From Naegleria gruberi (taxonomy: Eukaryota): a stretch of DNA of 64,000 nucleotides. A program made the position numbers and the translations under genes. Below, piece by piece: positions 41,110 through 52,566 of this stretch. The DNA lies in assembly GCA_000004985.1 (NCBI GenBank), contig GG738882.1; one strand, 5' to 3'. The notes beneath the pieces are model-generated. The model was given only the letters and a program-made list of their open reading frames with translations, made no database searches and had not been told where the DNA came from. Position 1 is the first letter of the stretch; each line of letters opens with the position of its first letter.

Positions 41110-42306
41110 TTAATTTAAAATACCTTGTCGTTTTTTTAGAATATCATTTTCGTGCTCTTTTGCAAGTTGTGCCAAACATTCAAATGTATTACTCATACAT
41201 TCCTCTAACTTAAACTTGGATATGAGATCAAAGGCAAGGCAATTCTCATTTGGTAAGGTTTCTATCTTTTTCTGCCCACATAAAATAATACAAGGTTTTG
41301 AGTATTTTTTACAGAGCTGGGCAATCCATGACACTACTTTACCACCTTCTGATTGGTGATCATAACTACCTTCTCCTGTAAAGACAATATCTGATTGAGA
41401 AATGACTTGTTCCAAGTTATTAATTGCTCCAATCATTTCAATTCCCTTTTTGAGATTGACTTGTCCATTCAGTATTGAATAGAAACCACCTGCAATGCCA
41501 CCAGCTGCTCCAGCACCACTCAAATTACTGATATCTATATTCTGGTGTCGTTGAATTAACTTTGCAACTTGATTCATGCCCTTCTCTAAAATTTCTCGTT
41601 GCTCTTCAGTGGCTCCCTTTTGCTTGCTGAAAGTATGTACAGCTCCCCTCTCTCCAATAAATGGATTATTCACATCACATGCAATATCAATGGTTAAATT
41701 CTCATACTGGAATGGTAATCCTTCAGTGTTAATTAAAATATCAGAAATATTAATCAAATCTCCTCCCCAGAAAACTTCTCCACTACTCATCAATTTTCCA
41801 TTTAGCTCAATATCAACACATCCCAAACATTTCAAACATCCCAATCCAGCATCATTCGTACAAGATCCACCAATTCCCATCAAGATGTGAATATGATCCT
41901 TCTTTCCATGTTGTTTCAGAATATTCCCAATCACCACTCCCAATCCAAACGTACTCGTATTGAATGGATTTCTCTCCTCCATTTTCAATAATTCCAATCC
42001 ACACACCGTGGCCATCTCCAAAACATAGAGAAAATTATTCTCCACTTGTTTTCTAAAATATGGAACTGTTATCATCAAATCGGAATTTCTAACAGGTCTC
42101 CTCACTTGAACATGATCGAGTTGATAATTTCCTTCTTGATCCTTCTTGATGGCTTCAAGAAAACCTTCACCTCCATCCGATAAGGGAATATTAACAAAGT
42201 CATAATTAACTTGTCCTAAACCTTGCATGATTGCCTTTCCGCACTCTCTTGCTTTCAAGCTATCTTTGAATTTATCGAAACAACAAGCAATTTGAAGTCT
42301 TTTCAT
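41110..42306 (-). CDS. glycerate kinase (GlxK/GK-I family)
   Basis: 398 aa. N-terminal MKRLQIACCFDKFKDSLKA...IPLSDGGEGFLEAI matches the glycerate kinase N-terminal block (DSFKGSL...P.ADGGEGT). Gly-rich GAGAAGGIAGG loop. Confidence 0.7.
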   Translation of the reverse strand: MKRLQIACCFDKFKDSLKARECGKAIMQGLGQVNYDFVNIPLSDGGEGFLEAIKKDQEGNYQLDHVQVRRPVRNSDLMITVPYFRKQVENNFLYVLEMATVCGLELLKMEERNPFNTSTFGLGVVIGNILKQHGKKDHIHILMGIGGSCTNDAGLGCLKCLGCVDIELNGKLMSSGEVFWGGDLINISDILINTEGLPFQYENLTIDIACDVNNPFIGERGAVHTFSKQKGATEEQREILEKGMNQVAKLIQRHQNIDISNLSGAGAAGGIAGGFYSILNGQVNLKKGIEMIGAINNLEQVISQSDIVFTGEGSYDHQSEGGKVVSWIAQLCKKYSKPCIILCGQKKIETLPNENCLAFDLISKFKLEECMSNTFECLAQLAKEHENDILKKRQGILN

Positions 42307-42423
42307 TTTTTTTGTAATTTTAAAAATCTCATATTAAATAGTTAATTGAATATGATCTTGATTTACAATGAAATAGAATAGTTCAAAATAATTCATAAGA
42401 AAATATAAAATTTATAATTACAA

Positions 42424-43716
42424 TTAAGCATTAGAGTTGAACAAATCATCATCTTCAACATCTCGCCTACTTCTAAAGAATGAAGTCTTCTTTTGTTGTC
42501 CTGTTGGAGTACCTCCTTGTTTAGTATTCTTTTGAGTATTCAAAAGTTCCTTTTGTTTCCTATATCTCAAAATTTGTTTAATTAAATCTTCAATCACAGC
42601 AGAGACGTTCTTTCCAGTCTTGGCACTTGTTTCAAAATAAGGAGCACTTGAACTATCACTAAATTTGATTGCAGTGGCCAAAGGAACCTCTTTATATCAT
42701 CATCATATTATGAATTTATAGTATTCATCATCATTATCATCATTGAGGGAATGTTTTTGAATATTTTCATCAAGTGATCATTTTTTTTAAAGATTTTTCC
42801 CGCGTTTTTTCATACAATGTAAATTTTGATATTTTTCATCATCATGATAATGAAATATTAAATTATTAATTGATATTACATAATATATAACAAAACAAAT
42901 AATAATAACATTATGAAAAGGAAAGCAAAATAGGAGAAGAAATATAATAAAAAAAACGTTAGAATTTTAAAATTGATAAAAAACAACAACTCACCTCTCA
43001 CAATGTCTGCAATATCACACTTATTACCAATACAAATACATGGCTTGAGTAATCCGTAGGTATTCTTCTCTTCTTGTTGGAGAACATCGAAGGATTTGTG
43101 GAAGACTTGCATTTGGGAGAAACTGTTCATTTCATCAACGGAGAAAAAGAGAATGAAGGCATCAATATCATACCAAGGTATATCCTGTTAGTAGCCATTC
43201 AGAGTGGAAATACATTCATAATATATGATGAAATTAATAATAATAATAATATAACAACAACAATAAAAAGCAAAATATTCGTCATCAATTTGAAGAATAT
43301 TATGATATAATAACAATAAGAATTAGAAATTCAAGCGTTCGACCAATAATAACATACCTCTGGTTGAACATCTTCAAAGGAAGATCCTGCTGATGGTTGT
43401 ATATACAAAAATTCAATATCGAGACAGTCGTTGGAAATGGTGTATCGGTTGGAGTTTTCATCCTTCTTATCCATAATTTCACGATGATGGAAAGTGGCAC
43501 CCTATATTATTATTGTTGTTGTTCATATTCGAAAAGTAAGAGAAGAAGAAGAAATATTTTGTTATTGTTATTATTCAATAATGAATATTCGAAATGTCAA
43601 AATGTCAATTATCAGCATTAACACATTACTATAATACTTACAAAAGTCTTCTTTCCAGTGTTTGGATTACCACAAATTGCGATTTTAATATGTGTCACGG
43701 ATTTTGGCTTTACCAT
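42424..43716 (-). CDS. divergent Ras-superfamily small GTPase, 4 exons, no C-terminal prenylation motif
   Basis: Exons complement(43642..43716), (43358..43501), (42995..43184), (42424..42689). Introns 140, 173 and 305 nt (GTAAGT, GTATGT, GTGAGT donors). Protein MVKPKSVTHIKIAICGNPNTGKKTF|GATFHHREIMDKKDENSNRYTISNDCLDIEFLYIQPSAGSSFEDVQPE|DIPWYDIDAFILFFSVDEMNSF...ICIGNKCDIADIVR|EVPLATAIKFSDSSSAPYFETSAKTGKNVS.... G1 GNPNTGKKT, G4 NKCD and G5 ETSAK are present. The switch II DTAGQE position reads QPSAGS. The 305-nt third intron is unusually long for this locus and may hide another small exon. Confidence 0.6.
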
Positions 43717-44304
43717 TTTTTTAAAATTAACGACTGCGATGTTGACAGGAAGCTGTTCGAAACATCCAGACGTTTTCAATCATGATGATTATTTTTAATG
43801 GGAGAAAGACTGAATAACACCTCCTCCACCTTGGTATGAATGTTGATGTAAAGGGATGATAATTGTTTCAGTAAGGAGGGTGCTCTTTGGTAAGTAACTG
43901 ATGTTCAAGTCAATCTGTGAAATTGTGTTAATGTCCTGCCAATTATCCATCAGTAGTTACCTCACTTACCTAGATGGTTAACAATGGAGATGATTGAAAT
44001 GTGTTATACCAAGAACGAGGAGATGCCCAATTAGAAAAAGTTAGAGAATGGGAAGTGCTTACTGAAATTCAATTCATTGATGTGCGAAGTGCCAATAAAT
44101 TTATTCATATTGTGCCTTGTTGCTCTTTAGATTATGATTTTACTTTAACTCTCTGTTGTGTTGTAAAGTAAACAATCATATCAATATTCATTCTTTTCAT
44201 CAATAACAATACTAGTTAATCCATATTATTAAATATTAAATCCATCAACTCTTCCGATAATTGATTATCAAAGCAAGTGTGTTGGAAATTATTTCCGAAG
44301 AGAA

Positions 44305-44553
44305 TTAAAGAGTAAAGTGCGATTTGCCTTGATTCAAGTCTTTTCCAACATGTGCATAGGATTTCAATCTTTCCAAGCCTCCTCTTGCTTCACCAATTTT
44401 ATTGTGAAGCTTTTTTGGATTGGTTTCATTCTTGTAGGCTCTGAATTCTTCACGGATGGCTTGAATCATTCCATCCTTTCTCATGCTCGGATAGTATTTC
44501 ATGTTTTTGAGCAAATTCCGATAGAGTGAGAGAATTTCTTGCTTGTTGGACAT
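44305..44553 (-). CDS. LYR-motif (complex 1 LYR family) small protein
   Basis: 82 aa. ILSLYRNLLKNMKYYPSMRK...IREEFRAYK is the LYR/F pattern of LYRM-family mitochondrial proteins. Confidence 0.55.
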   Translation of the reverse strand: MSNKQEILSLYRNLLKNMKYYPSMRKDGMIQAIREEFRAYKNETNPKKLHNKIGEARGGLERLKSYAHVGKDLNQGKSHFTL

Positions 44554-44732
44554 TTTTTAAAGATTTTAAATAATATTATTTATTATGTAAATATTTGGAT
44601 ATTTAATTGTTTAATTTCAAACATTAAATAATAAACCCTTAATTACTATAAAGATACAATTTTGAGCTTTGTTACTTTTGTGAATTATGCAATCATTAAG
44701 AAATGTTCAAAATGCCAAAAGAGAAAATCTAT

Positions 44733-44813
44733 CGCGATCTACAGGACTCGAACCTGTGCGGGTCTCCCCAATTGATTTCTAGTCAATCACCTTAACCACT
44801 CGGTCAAGACCGC
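44733..44813 (-). tRNA. tRNA-Ser(AGA): tRNA-Ser (anticodon AGA)
   Basis: rc gives GCGGTCTTGACCGAGTGGTTAAGGTGATTGACTAGAAATCAATTGGGGAGACCCGCACAGGTTCGAGTCCTGTAGATCGCG. Acceptor stem 7 bp (one G-U). D-arm GACCGAGTGGTTAAGG typical of Ser. Anticodon loop CTAGAAA (anticodon AGA). Long variable arm TGGGGAGACCCGC. T-arm ACAGGTTCGAGTCCTGT. T-runs follow on the transcribed strand. Confidence 0.9.
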
Positions 44814-45038
44814 TTTACGATAATTGTGATAATCTTCAATTCACCACTAATAAGCCTATTAATTCTTTGCTGACAAGTCGCACACCAAAACAAGTCCATG
44901 AATGACGTGTGCGATAGAGAGATCATCTTAAATCCATTACATTCTTTTAAAACTGTATCGATCTTTCATCAATGACCTTAAGTCGTCTTCAATTTGTCTT
45001 CAATCAACACATCAATCTTTCAAAAAAAAACATCATCA

Positions 45039-46622
45039 ATGCCTCCACCAAAAAGAACTGATGCTCAACCAGCAACAACAACTACCACCACTGTTAAGAA
45101 GGTAGTTTCTGCAACTAATGATGATGTCTCTGGACCAGGTTAGTTTCGAATAGTTTCTAAACTTTCTTATTCTTCTTGTGTTAAAAAATTGTTGATTAAT
45201 TGCTTGCAATGTTAATGTTGTTGATTATGATTTCGTACAAACATTTAGTCATTGTTATCGATCTTGGAGCATATGTAAGTTTCCACATTTATTGCAATTT
45301 AAAACTAAACTATTCTAAACTTAATCTTAACATTTAATATTTTAATATTTTAATATCATCATCAACACATTAATCTTTGATCAACATCATCACAATAATA
45401 CAACAACAACAACAAACTAAACCTTTCCAATAACAATAATAATAACAACAAACTAATCTAAATATACAATCTTACACAACAAAAATAGGAAACCAAAGTA
45501 GCCATGTCAGATAAACCTGATCAAGTCATTTCCTTCCCAACTGTTGTTGCCTATCCACTTGATAAACTTAAATCACTTTCAGTTTCAGATTATCTCGTTG
45601 GAGAACAAGCTCTTAAAAAAGTTCGTACCAGCTCTAAAAAGAAAGATTCATCTGAAAGTTATGCTCTCAGATATCCAATTCAGAGAGGACTCATTATGGA
45701 TTGGGAACAAGTGGAAGCAATTTTAACATTTGCTTTCGAACAAGTTCAAAAAGATCCATCTCTCTTTCCAGTTGTAATTGGAATTCCTGGAAATTTAATG
45801 CCACAAGATCATATTGAAAGTATTGCTGAATTATTGTTTGAAATTTTCAGAGTGAAACACATTTACTTTGATTTACCAAGTGTTTTATCATTTAGAGGTG
45901 TTTCTCAAAAGGAAAAGAATGGATTGAGTGTTGAATCTGGAAGTGCATTGACCTATGTTACTCCAATTATTGATGGAAAAGCTCAATATGGATTAACACG
46001 TAAATTTACCTTATCTGGACAAGATGCTACTAAATATACAATTTCAATTATTGCTAAATCTGGATTTGCAATTGATGCTGCAGATGAATATCGTGTTGCT
46101 CAACACATAAAGACACAAATGGCCTACACTTGTAAGAATTTGAAAACTGAATTCGAATTGTTTGGAAAGAATCCTGCCGATTTCAAACAAGAATTAGAAA
46201 TGAGTGGAGAAAAGATGAATCTCGATAAGGAATGTTTCCTCATTCCAGAAATTATGTTTGAACCAAGCTTAACTGGTATCACTCAAAGTGAAGTTTCCAA
46301 TTTACCTCTCACAATATTCGAAACTGCCAAATTAGCTGCTGATGAAGATTTGAATTTGTTAGGCAAATTACTTTCCAACATTGTCATTGGTGGTGGTAAT
46401 TTATTATTTAATGGAATGTCTGAAAGAATTGAATCTGAATTGAAAGATATTGTAAAGAAGAGCAAAGTTAAAGCAGCTGTCAAAGTTCAAGCAAGTCGTG
46501 GTGAAGATTCTTTTGGACCTGTCATTGGTGGTGCTGTTTGGTCTGAAAAGAATGTTAAGGATATTGATTGGTTGACTAGAAATGAATACAAACAAAGTGG
46601 TGTTACTAAATTCTTTAAATAA
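45039..46622 (+). CDS. actin-related protein (Arp; N-terminus most like Arp6), 3 exons
   Basis: Exon 1 45039..45138, intron 45139..45248 (GTTAGT...TTAG), exon 2 45249..45274 (26 nt), intron 45275..45488 (GTAAGT...ATAG), exon 3 45489..46622. Protein MPPPKRTDAQPATTTTTTVKKVVSATNDDVSGP|VIVIDLGAY|ETKVAMSDKPDQVISFPTVVAY.... Reproduces the actin N-terminus ([31 protein letters not shown]) and is closest to the Arp6-type IVIDNGSYEIKFG. Later blocks YPIQRGLIMDWEQVEAIL and SVESGSALTYVTPIIDGKA fit the actin fold. Confidence 0.7.
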
Positions 46623-46872
46623 ATGAATTCATTTGGTGAAGAAATTATTTATTTAAATGGATGTGTTTCTATTAGTTGATTGGAATAGTTTGGTTTCTTT
46701 TTGTTTCGAACAAATTGGATAGTACGAAACATAATGTTGTTAAAAGGAATCGGAGAACTTGAATTTTATAGGAAATACTGAAAGCATTGCGCCAATAATG
46801 AATTTGCAAGAAATTTAATTTTATTTACATTACTTTCGAATATATTATTTTACATCAATTTACACCACAAAC

Positions 46873-47259
46873 TCATGGCAAACACTTTCCAAAATCAATT
46901 GGCGTCACAACCACATGCAATTTCGCATCTGTTTCACTATCTTGCAAATTCAACCACAAGTCATTTGTCTGTCCCATCATGAAATTCGAAAAATTGACAA
47001 TTTTACATTTTCCCAATGGATCATCCTTTGAAAATCGATCCCAATCTTTCACAGTAAATTGCAAAGTATCAAGTTTTGGATTTTCCAGATCGATAATAAA
47101 TTCTTCATTCCAAACTGGGTTTAAATTCTTCTTGATGACTTTAGTTTTGAGGATTTTCTTGTCGTTGGAGGCTTGTATTTCAACGTATGGATCACTGCTG
47201 GTAATGTCAGCGATCATTAAATTATGAGCTTCGACAATTTCAAGTTTGATTGTTGGCAT
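46873..47259 (-). CDS. single C2-domain protein
   Basis: 128 aa. MPTIKLEIVEAHNLMIADITSSDPYVEIQ...LNPVWNEEFII...DWDRFSKDDPLG is a canonical C2 fold signature. Paralogous in type to 17975..18489. Confidence 0.7.
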   Translation of the reverse strand: MPTIKLEIVEAHNLMIADITSSDPYVEIQASNDKKILKTKVIKKNLNPVWNEEFIIDLENPKLDTLQFTVKDWDRFSKDDPLGKCKIVNFSNFMMGQTNDLWLNLQDSETDAKLHVVVTPIDFGKCLP

Positions 47260-48051
47260 TTTTTTTTATGTATTGTTTGATTGATGTTTGGCACTTTGAG
47301 GTTTGTTTTGGTAATTTAAAAGCCTCCAAGGGGAAACTAAATGTGATATTATTTGATTGATTTGATGAACTGGAGTTCAGTTTACTTCAGTTTATTTTCA
47401 GTTAAACTTTTGTTTTTTTTACTTTGAGAAATTAAGATTGAGAAAATGATGCAACTTTTATTTCATCTGATGAAGAAGTTGTTTAGAATAGTTTGAGGAA
47501 TGAAGTGTGTGAGGAAGTAATGAGGAATAGGTAAGAAAGTTGAAACCTTTCGAATAAAATGTAAGAAGGATTAAAAGGCAGTAAATGATAGAATAGTTAA
47601 TGCGTTTTTTTCCCCAGACATGCAACTTTTGAACACCATTTCTTTCAATTAACCTATTAATAATACTTTGAGCAGATTACTTTTAGTATCTTTCCTAATT
47701 TAGAAATTTAAATAATAATATTTTAATTAAAAATTCAAATTTAAAACACCATTTAACTCAACTTATTCAGCATTAAGTTTTATACAATGAATAAATCGCT
47801 AGTTTCACAAACTTGTCAAAAAAAATTATTAGAAACTCTTCAAACAAGTTTCGAGTAGACAGCTTTCAAAATAAATGAGAACTTTCACTCTTTCCAACTA
47901 GCCTTACTAGTAATTGGTCTGAGAACTTGTTAGCTCGAACTCTAAACTTTCACATTTCAAAATCATTTAAGAGTTGGTTGACCAACAGTTTTTTTGCCGA
48001 TAAAAGAGTTCACAATATAGATCATTTAAAAAATTAGCGTACACAATTGAT

Positions 48052-49615
48052 ATGCGTTCAGTGTTATTCTTTGTATTGTTGCTTGTCTTACTGACAAGTT
48101 GCTGTGTCAAAAGCCAAATTTAATTGTCAAGCCATCAAGAACTACTGGAACAGCTCCTTTAGCAGTACATTTTGATGCTACTGCTACTACACTCCCAGGA
48201 AAAGATGCATTCCGTGATATTACCTATTCTTTTGATTTTGGAGATGTCAACTCTGGCAATTGGTCAACTGACGGAAAATCAAAGAATACTCAAATAGGTG
48301 GACCAATTTCTGCTCATGTTTATGATAATGCTGGAACATACACTGTTTGGATTCGTGCCAGTGCTCCTGGTTACTACTATTCAGATGTCACTTTAACCAA
48401 TCCAAATGTTGACTTTGCTGGAAACAAAACTGTTTGTGTTTCAACGAGTGGAAATTATAATTCATGTCCGAGTGGTGCTCTCAAACAGAAAACCATCCCA
48501 ACAGGAACTGAATGGTCAGGTAAAAGATGGTTATTAAGAAGAGGCGAAACTTTTGACGAAATTGCAATTCAGGATGGAAATTCGAATGTGCAAGTGGGTG
48601 CATTTGGATCAGCAAGTCAACTGCCAATCGTTGCCAAAGTTGGAGTTGGATCTTGGCGTCCAGATACTCCTGATTTTCCAGTTGACATTTCAATTATGGA
48701 CCTGTCAATTCCAGGTGGCGTTTTAGATTCTCTTGGCAAGAGACATTTATTCTATAGAAATAACATTACTGGATGTGATAATGCACTTTGTGTTGGTTTT
48801 GGCGAACCTTATTATTGGATATTTGATGATCCTTATAGAAGAATTCCAATTTCTTCATTTTACAATCCTCAAGAATTCTTCTACGTCGACAATATTGCAG
48901 TTGGTAATACAGCAACTACACAGGGAAATTTCTTTGGGTCCATTGCTAAATCTGCATTTATGGGAAACTATGCTAAGTATACGAAATTTCACAATATGAG
49001 ATGCACCCAATGTTACAAAACTTTCTTTGGACATAATCATTTTGCTGGGGTTTCAATTGATGGAGGATACCACTCTTTTAAAATGCATTCAGGTGCAAGG
49101 CTACCTTGTCAACTAATGGTTGGATTACTCAATTTAATGTCATTTCGAATAACATTTTGGGAAGCTTGCAGGATAACAATGTTTGGGGTTCAATGATTTC
49201 TCCTCAAAATGGTGCATATCCAGAACGTATTACTGATATAATTATTGAAAATAATCAATATATTATTCATAGAAATGATCAATATGATTTGATCTTGTCA
49301 GCAAGAAATGTCACTTACAGAGCTAATACTAGAAGTGATGGTAAATCAGCTGCTGTCATGTTTGGACCTCATGGAGAAGCTCTTCCAGCTTATTGGTTAG
49401 GACCGTATTACACTACTAATACTCCTGTTGTAAATGTGACAGCTTCAACTTCAAATGTCACTCCTATTAAAAGTAGTCAACCAACAGCAGCGAATAGTGG
49501 TGTGAAAGGTAGTGGAAGTACTTCAAGTGAAAGAGTTGGAGAATCGAATGGAAATTTTGCTTGTTCCGTAATGTTATTGCTGTTGATAAGTTTAATTTTC
49601 ATTATCCAGTTTTAA
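48052..49615 (+). pseudogene. secreted PKD-domain / parallel beta-helix repeat protein with GPI-like C-terminus, disrupted by two frameshifts (probable pseudogene or sequence errors)
   Basis: The signal peptide MRSVLFFVLLLVLLTSCCVKSQI (ATG 48052) ends at TAA 48121-48123. The main ORF (track 48099..49196) is in another frame and is closed upstream by TGA. A second frame change lies within ~49080..49110, where track ORFs 48099..49196 and 49106..49615 overlap. The ORFs encode a PKD-like domain (TAPLAVHFDATAT...YSFDFGD...HVYDNAGTYTVWI), beta-helix-like repeats and a C-terminal hydrophobic tail (CSVMLLLLISLIFIIQF). No intron could reconcile the frames. Confidence 0.45.
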
Positions 49616-49630
49616 GTCAATTGATTCAAT

Positions 49631-50542
49631 TCAATTATAAACTTTAATATATTTACTATTTCCTCCACATAAAAGTAAATGACCATTTCTTTTATCAATT
49701 CTCAAATGAGATCCATAAACTAAATATTCCTTAATTAGTTCGACATTATTTTCAGTCATTTGAAATACACTTAATGAGCTAGGTCCCAAAATTATCATAT
49801 TCGAATCATCAAATGTGAGACATGAAATAAAATCATCGCTTTCTATCTGTTTCTTTTCTATAATTTTTGAAAAGTCTTCATTAAATTTCAATATATGTAC
49901 AATTCCCAAATTATTATCCGAAACACATAAACACGAAAACTCATAATTAAATTTGAAATCAGCAATTTCCAAAGGAAAATCATAAATTAATGTCGAAATG
50001 ACTTGTCCATTTGCTGAATTTAGTATAGAAAGCATTTTCTTATCTGAATTTACAACAAATAGAAACGAATTCATATTCGAAACGTCAACTATTCTTCCTA
50101 CTTTTTTAACTTCCCAAACTGGATTGATCAATTCATTAGATTCACTCAATAACACCCTATCCAATGAATAACAGCATACAGATTGATCATCATTCGAAAT
50201 AAACAAATTACAAATTCCATTTTTTCTTTCCTCAATTAAAAACTCGAAAAATTCCACAAATTTAAATTTTCGAATTAATTTTCTGGTTTTCATATTGAGA
50301 AATTTCAATTTTTTACCATATTTTCCAATAATTAAATTTAGCGTGTAGCAAATTTCAAATTCTTTAATTTTCATTCCATAAAATTGATCTTGCAATTGGC
50401 ATTGATAGGAAAATTTTGTTTCGATTGGTTTCGTCAACTTTTCCATGAATTTTTCTTTCATAGACGATTCACCATTTTGCCAAATCCTTCTAGATTCCGA
50501 TAATAATTCGCAGCAACAAACAACCTTCTCACTTTTTGACAT
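49631..50542 (-). CDS. hypothetical protein
   Basis: 303-aa ORF. No recognised domain. Confidence 0.3.
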   Translation of the reverse strand: MSKSEKVVCCCELLSESRRIWQNGESSMKEKFMEKLTKPIETKFSYQCQLQDQFYGMKIKEFEICYTLNLIIGKYGKKLKFLNMKTRKLIRKFKFVEFFEFLIEERKNGICNLFISNDDQSVCCYSLDRVLLSESNELINPVWEVKKVGRIVDVSNMNSFLFVVNSDKKMLSILNSANGQVISTLIYDFPLEIADFKFNYEFSCLCVSDNNLGIVHILKFNEDFSKIIEKKQIESDDFISCLTFDDSNMIILGPSSLSVFQMTENNVELIKEYLVYGSHLRIDKRNGHLLLCGGNSKYIKVYN

Positions 50543-50755
50543 TTTGTTAAAATTAAAAATTAATTATGTTTTGATTAAAATTTCTTACAATACAAACCAC
50601 CAAACTACATAATTTGAGGATCAGATACTTTTGATTGAATATAAAATTCCAATTAGATTGTTTTTTGAAAGAGAAATGGTGGGTACCCACTTTTGCTTAA
50701 CCAATTACTCAATTATTACTGTTAGGTCAGTACCAATCCAATTACATATATTTGT

Positions 50756-51553
50756 GTGTTTCTAATTAAGAAATGCATAAATAGCAAGAAAAAAAACACA
50801 AAGATCTACATTGATCCATCTTGTTTGAAAATGCAACAACACAATTCCTATCAAACTGTTTGCATTCCAATTGATATTTGCACAAATCAATTTTGTTCTG
50901 AATTCGTGCTGCCACTTGTCAATAGAGTTGATCCAAATCAATTCCGTTCGACAATTGATAACTGTTCCTCTATCTTACAGAAACACATTCCAAGAATCAG
51001 TAGAGACTCCCATAAGATGCTAGTTTTCCTAACCGCACTGTCAGGTGTCTTTTTACTTTTGGCATTTATTGCTCTTGTTATAGTATTTGTAATTCCACAT
51101 GAATATTTCTGGCTTCCAGTAATTCCAATGCCATTCTTTATGATTATTCCAATGGTTGTCTGTTTTGTGTCCTCTAAACGTAATGATTCCAATGTGAGAA
51201 TGATTAATTTCGAATGCAAAATGGAATTAGAAAGGTTTCTTCGAAGTGAAAATGATTCGTATTATTTACAATGTGGAGTTCAGTGGATTTTGAGATACGA
51301 TATGTTTTCAGATGAGGAGAATGCTGAAAATGCTTATAATCATTTGGGAAAAATTCCATACTTGGAATTATTAATTATGGATCGACCAATGGTTCATAAA
51401 AATCCACAAAATGATGGAAGTAAATTGGTTCAACAAGATTTTGGTCAACCAATTGCAGTATATAATGTTGAACAAGAACCTAATGGTGTAATTTATCAAC
51501 AACAAGAAATGAATTCGTACGAAAAGGAAAATGATCAAGAACAATTGCTATAG
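50756..51553 (+). CDS. hypothetical membrane protein (two adjacent TM helices)
   Basis: 265 aa. Central hydrophobic LVFLTALSGVFLLLAFIALVIVFVIP and LPVIPMPFFMIIPMVVCFV. Confidence 0.3.
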   Translation: MFLIKKCINSKKKNTKIYIDPSCLKMQQHNSYQTVCIPIDICTNQFCSEFVLPLVNRVDPNQFRSTIDNCSSILQKHIPRISRDSHKMLVFLTALSGVFLLLAFIALVIVFVIPHEYFWLPVIPMPFFMIIPMVVCFVSSKRNDSNVRMINFECKMELERFLRSENDSYYLQCGVQWILRYDMFSDEENAENAYNHLGKIPYLELLIMDRPMVHKNPQNDGSKLVQQDFGQPIAVYNVEQEPNGVIYQQQEMNSYEKENDQEQLL

Positions 51554-51676
51554 TCAATCTTAATATAATTGGAATAATAAAACTCTTGCAGGTTGTGTTT
51601 AGATTTCTAAGGATTCAGAAATAACCTTAATCATGGACTATCATTATTAATAAGAAATGTTTTATTTTAAGCATAA

Positions 51677-51749
51677 GTACCCTTGGCTCAATTGGAAGAG
51701 CATCGGCCTACGGAGCCGGGGGTTGTGGGTTCGAGTCCCACAGGGTATA
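51677..51749 (+). tRNA. tRNA-Arg(ACG): tRNA-Arg (anticodon ACG)
   Basis: GTACCCTTGGCTCAATTGGAAGAGCATCGGCCTACGGAGCCGGGGGTTGTGGGTTCGAGTCCCACAGGGTATA folds as a 73-nt cloverleaf. Acceptor 7 bp. D-stem GCTC/GAGC. Anticodon stem TCGGC/GCCGG with loop CTACGGA (U33, anticodon ACG). T-arm GTGGGTTCGAGTCCCAC. Followed by CTTTTTTT terminator. Confidence 0.92.
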
Positions 51750-51787
51750 ACTTTTTTTATGTTATTAATATTATTTTCCCATTTTAT

Positions 51788-52438
51788 TTAAACACATTCA
51801 TAACTTGTCTTATCTTCACAGAAATTGGTCTTTCCATTGTAAGCTCTGTACAATTTTCCACACTTTTCACCAGAGTATTCCTTAATACTGTAATGAGTTT
51901 GATTGCAAGTTCTATACCATCCATGATTGGATACCTCTTGTTCACACTTATCAATGGTCAATCCACTAATTCTAAACATTTTATCTTTCAATTCACAATC
52001 AACATCACTTTGTTCATATTCCAATACCCACAATAATTTTGGAAAGGCAGTAACTGCCAATTTTCCACAAAATTGAAAAGATGATCCTCCTTTCGAGTTG
52101 GAAGTGCATGGAACAGCTTCTAGCTTGTTAACTTTTTCACACTTGTTACAAGTGTCATCACAATGACTTTCTACAATACCAACATCACCATCACAATACG
52201 TCTTTTGATAGTATCTTCCTGCATTGACACAGGCAGCATTGGTGCTGGACAAGGCAGCTGGAAGTAAAGTTACCTGAGCGAGTGAATCGAGTGAACAACT
52301 TGGATGATCAAAAACATAGTCCTGAACGTAGTGATGTGTTTGATTGACAGGAAGGGAAGAAATAGAAATGATTAAAAGTGAATTGATCACAAGGAGAGAT
52401 AATAGGAGAGAAGAAGTGATGGTTTGCTTTTGAGACAT
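51788..52438 (-). CDS. secreted cysteine-rich protein
   Basis: 216 aa. Hydrophobic N-terminus (LLLSLLVINSLLIISISS). 18 or more Cys in the mature part. Confidence 0.4.
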   Translation of the reverse strand: MSQKQTITSSLLLSLLVINSLLIISISSLPVNQTHHYVQDYVFDHPSCSLDSLAQVTLLPAALSSTNAACVNAGRYYQKTYCDGDVGIVESHCDDTCNKCEKVNKLEAVPCTSNSKGGSSFQFCGKLAVTAFPKLLWVLEYEQSDVDCELKDKMFRISGLTIDKCEQEVSNHGWYRTCNQTHYSIKEYSGEKCGKLYRAYNGKTNFCEDKTSYECV

Positions 52439-52566
52439 TTTTTATTATCTATCTAACTTTGTAATGGAACCAAAGATATTCACACAAATTGACAAGCGGT
52501 ATTATTGAAGGAGTTCTATTAAAAATCTGAGATTTATTTACAGTTCAAGATGGTTCATGAAGTATC

